NCBI GenBank assembly: GCA_027314165.1
Contig: DAHVCH010000004.1
Location: 75,784-139,783, forward strand
Origin: Thermoplasmata archaeon
GTDB lineage: Archaea; Thermoplasmatota; Thermoplasmata; Lutacidiplasmatales; UBA184
Length of the DNA: 64,000 nucleotides
Direction of reading: 5' to 3'
Shown: positions 18,012 to 25,645 of the stretch, piece by piece
Layout of the letters: every line of letters begins with the position of its first letter
Numbering within the stretch: position 1 is the first letter of the stretch
Notes under the pieces: model-generated
Told to the model about the DNA's origin: nothing
Database searches by the model: none
What the model saw: the letters and a program-made list of their open reading frames with translations, nothing else
Position numbers and translations under genes: made by a program

Positions 18012-19228
18012 CCTCCCGGGCGGCGCTCGCGGTCCGCTACATGCTCCGGCAGAAGGGCCGGACGGCCTTCGTGGTGATGACCTACGTGGCGGCGGTGGGC
18101 GTCACGCTCCTGCTGACCAGCGCGGTCGTGGGGAACGAGCAGAGCTTCATCTCGGAGGTGAACAACCTCGCCATCAACTGGATCTACGTCCAGCCCAGCG
18201 TCCCGCCGGTCTACCCGCTGACGGTGGCCGACGCCAACGCGATCGCCTCCCAGGTGCCGCACATCACGGCCGTCGCTCCGATCCTGTGGACGGAGGCCCA
18301 TTTCAACGGCTGGACGGGGGCGGACTCCAACACCACGCTCACGGGGAGCACGAGCGGGCTCACCTCGGTCTTCAACTTCGAGGTCGTGCGCGGGAGCTCC
18401 AACCTCACCGACCCCGGGGGCCCGAACGCGCCCCTGCCGCTCGTCGTCGGGTACAACCTCTGGACCGGCCACGACCTGTCCGTCGGCCAGCTGCTCACCG
18501 CCGTCGTCGTGAACATCGTCCCTGGCGGGAACCCCGCGCCGATGAACGTGAACCTCGTCGTCGAGGGCTTGCTCGCTCCCCGGGGGAGCGTCGGGCAGAT
18601 CAACCTGGACCAGGCCGCGATCGTCCCGGTCTCCGCCCTGTTGAACCTCTCTGGACAGACCACGCTCACCTACATCTTCGCCTCGGCCGACTCCTCCTCG
18701 AACGTCCAGGCGGCGAGCCAGGCCATCCAGAACCTCCTGTTCCAGCGCCACCACGGCACCCTCGACTTCTCGGTGAACAACCAGCAGTCCGAGGTCCAGT
18801 TCGTCCTCCAGCAGATCGGCCAGTTCCAGACGATCATCCAGCTCGTCGAGATGACCCTCCTCATGCTCTCGGCCTTCAGCATCTTCGTCGTGATGACCAT
18901 GGCCGTGAAGGACCGCCGTCGGGAGATCGGCGTCCTTAGGGCCCTGGGGGCCGAGCGGAGCGACGTGATGTTCCAGTTCCTCCTGGAGGCCGGCATCATG
19001 AGCGTCGTGGGCATGGCGGTCGGGATCGGACTGGGGACCGTCGCGGTCCGCTTCCTGAAGCAGACCGGCTCGGGGTTCTACGCAGCGCTGGTCACGAACC
19101 CCGTCGACCTCGGGCTCTACTTCGTCGAGCTCCTCCTCGTCCTGTGGGGGGTCGGCTTCGTCTTCTCGCTCCTCCCCGCCTACCAGGCCTCCCGCCTGGA
19201 AGCGGTGGAAGCTCTCCGAGAGATGTGA
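18008..19228 (+). CDS. ABC transporter permease, FtsX/MacB-like
   Basis: It overlaps the ATPase gene by GTGA. It has an N-terminal TM segment, a large extracytoplasmic domain, and a C-terminal three-TM FtsX-type module (REIGVLRALGAERSDV...). Confidence 0.85.
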   Translation: MTSRAALAVRYMLRQKGRTAFVVMTYVAAVGVTLLLTSAVVGNEQSFISEVNNLAINWIYVQPSVPPVYPLTVADANAIASQVPHITAVAPILWTEAHFNGWTGADSNTTLTGSTSGLTSVFNFEVVRGSSNLTDPGGPNAPLPLVVGYNLWTGHDLSVGQLLTAVVVNIVPGGNPAPMNVNLVVEGLLAPRGSVGQINLDQAAIVPVSALLNLSGQTTLTYIFASADSSSNVQAASQAIQNLLFQRHHGTLDFSVNNQQSEVQFVLQQIGQFQTIIQLVEMTLLMLSAFSIFVVMTMAVKDRRREIGVLRALGAERSDVMFQFLLEAGIMSVVGMAVGIGLGTVAVRFLKQTGSGFYAALVTNPVDLGLYFVELLLVLWGVGFVFSLLPAYQASRLEAVEALREM

Positions 19229-19263
19229 AAGAAGGGCCCCCGTCGGGTCCCGGGGGGGCGGGT

Positions 19264-19932
19264 CTACGAGGGCTCCGGCGTCGCGGACTTCGCCGCCTTG
19301 CGCTTGCGCAGGCGGTTCACGTAGTAGAGGGCGAAGACGACCAGCGCCACGAGCACGACGACGTTCAGAACGTTGAAGATGTTCTGGAGCTCGGGGATGC
19401 TCTGCTGACCCACGATCACCCCGATGTACACCAACGCGAAGGTGAACGGAGTCGCGCCCAGTACGGTGTAGATGGGGAAGAGGCGACGGTCCATCTTGGC
19501 CGCTCCCGCGGGATAGGAGATGTAGGCCCGCACCAGCGGGAGCATCCGGGAGAGGAAGACCGTCACCGGCCCGCGCCGCTCGAAGAAGACCTGCGCCCGC
19601 TCCAGGTCGCGCTCCTCCAGACCGAACGGACGGCCCAGGCGGTGGACGAACGGCAGCCCGAGGCGGCGGCCGATCTCGTAGGCGATGACGGCCCCCAGAA
19701 GGCCTCCCCCCAGGGAGGCGATCATCACCGTGGGCCAGGTGAACCAGGGGTCCACCCCGGAGGCGAGGACGATCCCGGCCACGGGAAGGATGACCTCGCT
19801 AGGAAGGGGAGGGATGCCGAAGCTCTCCACCGCCATCAGCGCGAAGAGGGCCAGGAGCCCCGCGGGGCCGGACGCCTCGACCAGGTGCTCGAGGAGGAGG
19901 AAGACCTCCGTTTCGAGCCCAGCGAGCGACAT
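19264..19932 (-). CDS. DedA/SNARE-associated family membrane protein
   Basis: From ATG 19932 it reads ...FALMAVESFGIPPLPSEVILPVAGIV...FFERRGPVTVFLSRMLPLVRAYISYPAG, which matches the DedA family pattern. Confidence 0.8.
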   Translation of the reverse strand: MSLAGLETEVFLLLEHLVEASGPAGLLALFALMAVESFGIPPLPSEVILPVAGIVLASGVDPWFTWPTVMIASLGGGLLGAVIAYEIGRRLGLPFVHRLGRPFGLEERDLERAQVFFERRGPVTVFLSRMLPLVRAYISYPAGAAKMDRRLFPIYTVLGATPFTFALVYIGVIVGQQSIPELQNIFNVLNVVVLVALVVFALYYVNRLRKRKAAKSATPEPS

Positions 19933-19949
19933 GCGTGGGTCGGGTCCCC

Positions 19950-20198
19950 TCAGCTCCCCGGAACGGGGAGGTCGTTCGTCACGAGACGGAAAGGGACCCG
20001 CAGCGTGGCCACGGTCCGGACCGGCAGGTCGTCGAAGGTGAGGGGGGTCGAGCATCCTCCGCAGGAGACCGCGGTGCGGCGTCGGCCCAGGGCGATCGAG
20101 AGCTCGGTCCCGACCTCGATCTCGTGAACGGGTCGCTCAGAGCTCCTGAGCGCCCGACGCAGCTCCTCGAAGAGGAGGTCTTCTCGCGCGACGGCCAT
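19950..20198 (-). CDS. Hypothetical 82-aa protein upstream of the DedA gene
   Basis: The ATG start has a G-rich box just upstream. Third-position GC is roughly 85-90% by my codon-by-codon reading, which supports coding. It contains a single CGGC. It ends 18 nt before the DedA start. Confidence 0.5.
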   Translation of the reverse strand: MAVAREDLLFEELRRALRSSERPVHEIEVGTELSIALGRRRTAVSCGGCSTPLTFDDLPVRTVATLRVPFRLVTNDLPVPGS

Positions 20199-20291
20199 GC
20201 GTCCCCCCGGCGGAACAGCCCTCCACGGTAGAAAGGGTTGCGGTCCCTCGAAGCGCAGGTCGTGTGGGGAACGGGGAGGTCGTCGGCGGTC

Positions 20292-20804
20292 CTACGACTT
20301 GCTCATGGGAGGGAGACCCTCGTCCGACGTCTTCGCGAGCTCGTCGAGCTCGTCCAGGGTCGAGTCCAGGTCCGTCTCCGCGGGCTCGGAGCCCTCGCCC
20401 CACTCCGTCGTGGAGGACGCCGTCCCCTCGGCCGCGGCCGATCCGGACGTCTTCGAGGTCTCGGCCTCGGCGAGGTCCCCCTCGTCGGCCCCACCCGAGC
20501 CCCCCTCGCCGCCTTCCTCTCCCGAGGCGGCTGAGCTCGAGGAGGGGCGTCCGCGCTTGCGGACGAAGAACAGGATGAGCAGCGCGGCGACGATCACCGC
20601 GACCAGGGCGATGCCGCCCAGGACGTAGGGGCTCGCGAAGGGGGACTGGGGGGTGGGGCTGACGTACTGCGCCGGGGCCGGGATAGCGGCGGAGGTGGCC
20701 GAGGAGCTCTCCATGACGCTGATCGCGATGAGCACGGCCATGGAGAAACCGAGGGCGAGAGGTACGACAGGGCGACCGTTCTTCCGCACCACATGCTTTG
20801 CCAT
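20292..20804 (-). CDS. Small membrane protein, paralog A (signal/TM, short ectodomain, TM, acidic tail)
   Basis: The 170-aa sequence reads MAKHVVRKNGRPVVPLALGFSMAVLIAISV...TSAAIPAPAQYVSPTPQSPFASPYVLGGIALVAVIVAALLILFFVRKRGR, followed by an E/D/G/S-rich tail. It is clearly homologous to the next gene. Confidence 0.65.
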   Translation of the reverse strand: MAKHVVRKNGRPVVPLALGFSMAVLIAISVMESSSATSAAIPAPAQYVSPTPQSPFASPYVLGGIALVAVIVAALLILFFVRKRGRPSSSSAASGEEGGEGGSGGADEGDLAEAETSKTSGSAAAEGTASSTTEWGEGSEPAETDLDSTLDELDELAKTSDEGLPPMSKS

Positions 20805-20955
20805 CGGGGGTCCTATGGCCTTGCCCGTAGGGTGCCCCAGAGACCGCTCCGGGGCCGGCCCTGCGCGGCGCGGCTGGAGCGGCTATGGGCTGCGGTTGAA
20901 GAACCTTCCGTCACCCGCCGAGCGTGTGGGAGGGGGGCTTCCAGCCCCCCTATTC

Positions 20956-21363
20956 CTATTCGTCCTTCTCCGCGGGAGATCCCCCGTCGGAGGCCTCGGG
21001 CTCCTCTTCGGAGCCCTCCTTGCCCTCACCGCTCTCCGCGCCCTCGTCGCCGTCCTCGGTCTCTTCCTCGGTGCTGCCGCCGCCGCTCATCCGGCTCCCG
21101 CGCAGGCGGAAGGCCAGGAGCAGGGCGAAGACCACCACGAGGATGCCCAGGGCGACCCCCGCGATGACGAGGGGGTCGGCGAACGGGTTCGCTGCGGTAG
21201 TGTTGGTGGTGTACTGGGCCGGAGCCGGGATCGCTTGCGCGCCGGCGTGGGGGCTTTCGAAGACGCCGTAGCCGATGACGAGGGCCATGAGCACCGCGAG
21301 TGCGATGGGCACCGCTCGTCGCCAGCCTCCAACGTTGCCGCCCGCCGCCTCAGACCTGGACAC
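20956..21363 (-). CDS. Small membrane protein, paralog B
   Basis: The sequence reads ...WRRAVPIALAVLMALVIGYGV...GAQAIPAPAQYTTNTTAANPFADPLVIAGVALGILVVVFALLLAFRLRGSR, followed by an acidic tail. The start is set at GTG 21363, downstream of an AT-rich box (TTGAAATAG on the minus strand). The track start is 21432. Confidence 0.6.
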   Translation of the reverse strand: MSRSEAAGGNVGGWRRAVPIALAVLMALVIGYGVFESPHAGAQAIPAPAQYTTNTTAANPFADPLVIAGVALGILVVVFALLLAFRLRGSRMSGGGSTEEETEDGDEGAESGEGKEGSEEEPEASDGGSPAEKDE

Positions 21364-21519
21364 CTCTACGCCACCTGCCTTGCAGTTACACCGGAAACCC
21401 GCTATTTCAACTATCCCTGACCACTCCTTCATGGCTGGCGGAGCCCGGCGTGGCCCGTCGGGCGCCCGACCTCACCCCGCGCCAAGGTCTAAATCGCCGG
21501 ACCGGGTGGGGGCCAGGTC

Positions 21520-21960
21520 ATGGCCCTGGGCTTCGACCCGACCTACCCATTCCTGGGGCTTCTGCTCATCTACATGGTCTACTCGGAATGGGTGAGGCTC
21601 GACTCCCGCTACCTGGTGGGGGCGGCCCTCCTGCTCCTCATCATCACCGCGGTGGTGGACGCCGCCGGCGAGACCGGGGTCGCGAACACCCTGTCGACCT
21701 ACGTCTTCTTCCTCCTGGCCGGAGGGGTCGTGCTCCTCCTCGTCGACCACGTGCGCGAGGAGCGCACGCGCGCCCTCCGCGCCGCCAAGGGCGGCAGGAA
21801 ACCGAAGGGGCCGGGCGTCGGAGACGGAGGGGAGAGGCCCGAGGGTGAGGCCTCCCCCGACACCGAGGACCCCCAGGACCCCCTCGGTGCTCCGGAGGGC
21901 GCTGGGGCCGCTCGCGCGACCAGCGAGCCCCGCCCGCCGTCGATGGTCAGCGACGCCTAG
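21520..21960 (+). CDS. Small three-TM membrane protein with charged C-terminal tail
   Basis: The 146-aa ORF has high third-position GC and three hydrophobic segments, followed by REERTRALRAAKGGRKPKG and an acidic P/E/D-rich tail. It is divergent from the paralog pair. Confidence 0.55.
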   Translation: MALGFDPTYPFLGLLLIYMVYSEWVRLDSRYLVGAALLLLIITAVVDAAGETGVANTLSTYVFFLLAGGVVLLLVDHVREERTRALRAAKGGRKPKGPGVGDGGERPEGEASPDTEDPQDPLGAPEGAGAARATSEPRPPSMVSDA

Positions 21961-22087
21961 CCGGCCTGGAACGGTTCGGTGGGTCCCCCGAGCTCCGTGG
22001 AGCACGGGTCCCTCCTCTCCTCTCGCTCCACCCCCCGACGTGCGGGGGCCCTTGCGAGGAGGTTCGGGGAAGGCCTGTGGCCGGTCC

Positions 22088-22981
22088 TCAGACGAACTCG
22101 TCGAGGACCTTGTCCATCCCGCGGATCCCGGCCTTCTGATGGACGAGCGGGCCCTCCTTGAGGGCGGGCTCCAGGTCCTCGTAGGTCGGCTTCTCGACGC
22201 GGTAGAAGAGCCCGGTCGGGATCTTTGGCCCGAACTCCTGGGCCTTCGCGAACGCCTTCACCAGGTCCGTCGGGTCGTGCTGCGCGTTCTCGAGCTTGTA
22301 GACCCGCTGCCGGAAGAAGTCGAAGGTGTTGAGGTGGTTGTACGTGACGCAGGGAGAGAAGACGTCGATGAGGGAGAAGCCGTGGTGCTTGATCCCTCCG
22401 GCGATGAGCTCGGAGAGCTGCTTGGGGTCCCCCGAGAACCCGCGCGCGACGTAGGTCGCCCCCGCGGACAGCGCGAGCGCGATCGGGTTCACCGGCTCCT
22501 CGATGACCCCCTGCGGGGTGCTCTTCGTCTTCTGGCCCATCGTCGAGGTGGGGGAGGCCTGGCCCGTGGTGAGGCCGTAGATCTCGTTGTCCATCACGAC
22601 GTAGGTGAGGTCGATGTTCCGGCGCATGGCGTGCAGCGCGTGGCCGAGCCCGATGCCCCAGCCGTCGCCGTCGCCCCCGGTCACCACGACGTGGAGGCCG
22701 TGGTTCGCGAGCTTCACGCCCTCCGCGACGGGCATCGCCCGGCCGTGCAGGCCGTGGAACCCGTAGCTCGAGAGGAAGTGCGGGAGGTTCGACGAGCAGC
22801 CGATGCCGCTCACGACCACCACCTCATGCGTCGGGATCTGGAGCGACGAGAGGGCCCGCTCCACGCTCGCGACCACTCCGTAGTCGCCGCAGCCCGGGCA
22901 CCAGGTGGGCTTCGTCGTGGACTTGTAGACGACCTTCAGCGCGGGGCCTTCGGTCTTCGGTGGGGCACTAGCTAGGGACAT
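22088..22981 (-). CDS. 2-oxoacid:ferredoxin oxidoreductase, beta (TPP-binding) subunit
   Basis: The sequence contains TWCPGCGDYGV, GIGCSSN and GGDGDGWGIGLGH, typical of OFOR beta subunits. Confidence 0.93.
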   Translation of the reverse strand: MSLASAPPKTEGPALKVVYKSTTKPTWCPGCGDYGVVASVERALSSLQIPTHEVVVVSGIGCSSNLPHFLSSYGFHGLHGRAMPVAEGVKLANHGLHVVVTGGDGDGWGIGLGHALHAMRRNIDLTYVVMDNEIYGLTTGQASPTSTMGQKTKSTPQGVIEEPVNPIALALSAGATYVARGFSGDPKQLSELIAGGIKHHGFSLIDVFSPCVTYNHLNTFDFFRQRVYKLENAQHDPTDLVKAFAKAQEFGPKIPTGLFYRVEKPTYEDLEPALKEGPLVHQKAGIRGMDKVLDEFV

Positions 22982-24731
22982 GGCCGGTCACCTCCAGGAC
23001 CTTCCCGACGATCTCCCACGGGTATAGAGGCTCCCCGTCGTACTTCAGGAGCTTCACGGGAAGGTCGATGCCGGTCTCCGCCCGGATGAGGCGTCCCAGC
23101 TGGCCCGTGTAGTTCTGCTCGACGAGCATCGTCCGCTTCGCCGCGCGCAGGGCCTTGGCGACGCTCTCGGCGTGGAGCGGGAACGGCTGGTGGACGTTCA
23201 GGTAGTTGACCGGGACCCCCTTGGTCGCGAGGATCCCCATCGCGTCCCGGACGGCCAGCGCCGTGGAGCCCCACCCGACGAGGGTGACCTCGGCCGCGGA
23301 AGGGCCCTCCAGCTTCGGGGGTTCGGTCGTGGCCAGGACCCCCTGGAGCTTCCGCATCCTCTTCTCCATCATCTTCCGGCGGATCTCGATGGCCATCGGG
23401 ACCCCCGCGTTGACGTCGGAGATGAGGTGCCCGGCCTCGTCATGCTCGTCCGAGCCGGCGACGAAGTTGAGCCCCTTCTGCCCGGGGATGGCCCGCGGGG
23501 AGACCCCCGAGGGCGTGAACAGGTAGCGCTTGTACCCGTTCGAGCCGTTCGTCGGCTCGGGCACGGTGAAGAGGGAGCTCGGCGCGTAGTCCAGCGGGAG
23601 CTCCTCCCGGTCGACGGAGTGCATGTCCTCGGAGAGGTAGAGGTCGGTCGCCAGGAGCACCGGGGTCTGCCACTCCTCGGCGAGCTCGAAGGCGCGGACG
23701 GTCGCGCGGAAGGCCTCCTGGGCGCTCCCGGGCCCTAGGATGACCCGGGGGAAGTCCCCCTGCGACGCGCCGAGCATCATGTTGAGGTCCCCCTGCTCCG
23801 TCTTCGTCGGGAGCCCGGTGGAGGGACCGCTCCTCTGCGCCTCCACCACGACGAGCGGGGTCTCCGTCATCCCGGCCTGGCCCAACGCCTCGACCATGAG
23901 CGAGAACCCTCCGCCGCTGGTGGCGGTCATCGCACGGACCCCGGCGTAGGAGGCCCCGATCGCCATGTTGATCGCCGCGAGCTCGTCCTCCGCCTGCTTC
24001 ACGAGGATGTCGAAAGTGGAGGCGTGGTCGGCGAGCCAGTGCATGATGGAGGTCGCCGGGGTCATGGGGTACTGGGCGAGGAACTTGAGCCCCCCCACGG
24101 CGGCACCGAGGGCAATGGCCTGGTTCCCGGAGAGCAGGAGCTTCGCCGCTCCCCCCTTCACGGGGAGCGCGTGGTCGCTCGCGGAGGACTTCCCCTGCGC
24201 GTACTCGTACCCGAGCTTCGCCGCCCCCAGGTTCTGTTCGAGGACGTCCTTCTTCTTGCGGAACTGGTCCGCCAGCACCCCGTCGAGGGTGGTGAGCGGG
24301 ACCCCCGCGAGGTAGGCGCACGCCCCCATCCCCACCGCGTTCTGGAGGATCGACTGGGGGGAGAACTTCCGCGCGAGCTCGAGCGTCGGGACCGGGAGGG
24401 CCTTCACCCCGGAGGGGACCGCCTCCGCAGGCACGGAGAACTTCTCGGGGTCGTAGACGATGATCCCGCCCTCGCGGAGGGAGGAGGCGTGGAAGTCGAC
24501 GGTGGCCCGGTCCAGGGCGTAGAGGATGTCGCATCCGTCGCCCTGCGACCAGATGCGGTCCGGGCTCGCGCGCGCCTGGAACCAGACGTGCCCGCCACGG
24601 ATGACCGATTGGTAGGCGTTGTGCCCGAAGACGTAGAAGCCGTTCCGGGTGAAGATGCGGCAGAAGACCTCCCCCACGGAGGCGATGCCGTCGCCCGCCG
24701 CGCCTCCCGCCCGGAGCAGGATGTCCTTCAT
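22968..24731 (-). CDS. 2-oxoacid:ferredoxin oxidoreductase, alpha subunit (fused gamma-alpha type)
   Basis: The 587-aa ORF starts MKDILLRAGGAAGDGIASVGEVF (gamma-like N-terminus). This is followed by the alpha domain (QYPMTPATSIMHWL, MTATSGGGFSLMVE). It overlaps the beta gene by 14 nt. Confidence 0.93.
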   Translation of the reverse strand: MKDILLRAGGAAGDGIASVGEVFCRIFTRNGFYVFGHNAYQSVIRGGHVWFQARASPDRIWSQGDGCDILYALDRATVDFHASSLREGGIIVYDPEKFSVPAEAVPSGVKALPVPTLELARKFSPQSILQNAVGMGACAYLAGVPLTTLDGVLADQFRKKKDVLEQNLGAAKLGYEYAQGKSSASDHALPVKGGAAKLLLSGNQAIALGAAVGGLKFLAQYPMTPATSIMHWLADHASTFDILVKQAEDELAAINMAIGASYAGVRAMTATSGGGFSLMVEALGQAGMTETPLVVVEAQRSGPSTGLPTKTEQGDLNMMLGASQGDFPRVILGPGSAQEAFRATVRAFELAEEWQTPVLLATDLYLSEDMHSVDREELPLDYAPSSLFTVPEPTNGSNGYKRYLFTPSGVSPRAIPGQKGLNFVAGSDEHDEAGHLISDVNAGVPMAIEIRRKMMEKRMRKLQGVLATTEPPKLEGPSAAEVTLVGWGSTALAVRDAMGILATKGVPVNYLNVHQPFPLHAESVAKALRAAKRTMLVEQNYTGQLGRLIRAETGIDLPVKLLKYDGEPLYPWEIVGKVLEVTGHVPS

Positions 24732-24879
24732 CGGCGCCTCGAGGGCGTTCTAGAACCGGGGCGTATTAAAGGAGGGGTTGCAACGGGTGAGGACCTGTCC
24801 CGCCCACGGTCCGTGGCCGGACACCCGGAAGCCCGGGGAAAAAGGGAAGGCTCATCCTTCTGGACCGCCCCTCTCCTCT

Positions 24880-25143
24880 GTGAAGGTCCTGCTCTTCGCC
24901 GTCGCCCGCGAGGCGACGGGAGGACGCGGCGAGATCGACCGACCGCTGCGCGGCGGGGCGGACCTGTCGCTCGCCGAGCTCCTCCAGGAGCTCGGCGATG
25001 CCTACCCGGAGCTCCGCCGGGTCCTCGCCCACGCCCGCGTGGCCGTGAACGGCACCTATCTCGGGACGGGGAGCGGGACCGGACGGCGAAGGCTGGAGGA
25101 CCGGGACGAGGTGGCGATCCTTCCCCCGTACTCCGGTGGGTGA
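24880..25143 (+). CDS. moaD: MoaD-family sulfur carrier protein (C-terminal GG)
   Basis: From in-frame GTG 24880 it reads VKVLLFAVAREATGG...DEVAILPPYSGG, then stop. This has the ubiquitin-like MoaD/ThiS length and the Gly-Gly end. Confidence 0.75.
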   Translation: MKVLLFAVAREATGGRGEIDRPLRGGADLSLAELLQELGDAYPELRRVLAHARVAVNGTYLGTGSGTGRRRLEDRDEVAILPPYSGG

Positions 25144-25174
25144 GGGCGGCGACCCCGAGGGGCGATCCCAGACC

Positions 25175-25645
25175 ATGAGCTTCGAGCTGACCTCCCGACC
25201 CATCCGCGAGGCGGACCTGCTGCGGGGGGTGCGGAGCGACGAGGCCGGAGGGATCGCCCTCTTCCTGGGGACCGTCCGACCGGACCGCACGCGGAGGGGG
25301 AAGGTCCGCGCCCTGTACTACGAGGCGTACCGTCCGCTCGCGCTGCGGGAGATGGCCCGCCTGGAGAGCGTCGCGCGCCGTCGGTGGAAGGCCGAACGCA
25401 TCCGGGTGGTGCACCGCGTGGGCGTCGTTCGGGTGGGGGAGGTCTCGGTGGCCGTCGCGGTCGCGGCCCCTCACCGTGCCCAGGCGTTCGACGCCTGCCG
25501 CTTCCTGATCGACCGGCTCAAGGCGGAGGTGCCGATCTGGAAGAGCGACGTGCTCTTGGGTGAGCGGGGGCCGGGGCGACGAGCCCGATCCGGCAGTCCA
25601 CCGCGACGGCGCCCTCGCCCGAAGGCAGGGCGAGCAGCGGGTTGA
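25175..25645 (+). CDS. moaE: Molybdopterin synthase catalytic subunit MoaE
   Basis: It reads MSFELTSRPI...GGIALFLGTVR...YYEAYRPLALREM...VHRVGVVRVGEVSVAVAVAAPHRAQAF...LKAEVPIWK. An alternative GTG start at 25136 overlaps moaD. Confidence 0.8.
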   Translation: MSFELTSRPIREADLLRGVRSDEAGGIALFLGTVRPDRTRRGKVRALYYEAYRPLALREMARLESVARRRWKAERIRVVHRVGVVRVGEVSVAVAVAAPHRAQAFDACRFLIDRLKAEVPIWKSDVLLGERGPGRRARSGSPPRRRPRPKAGRAAG

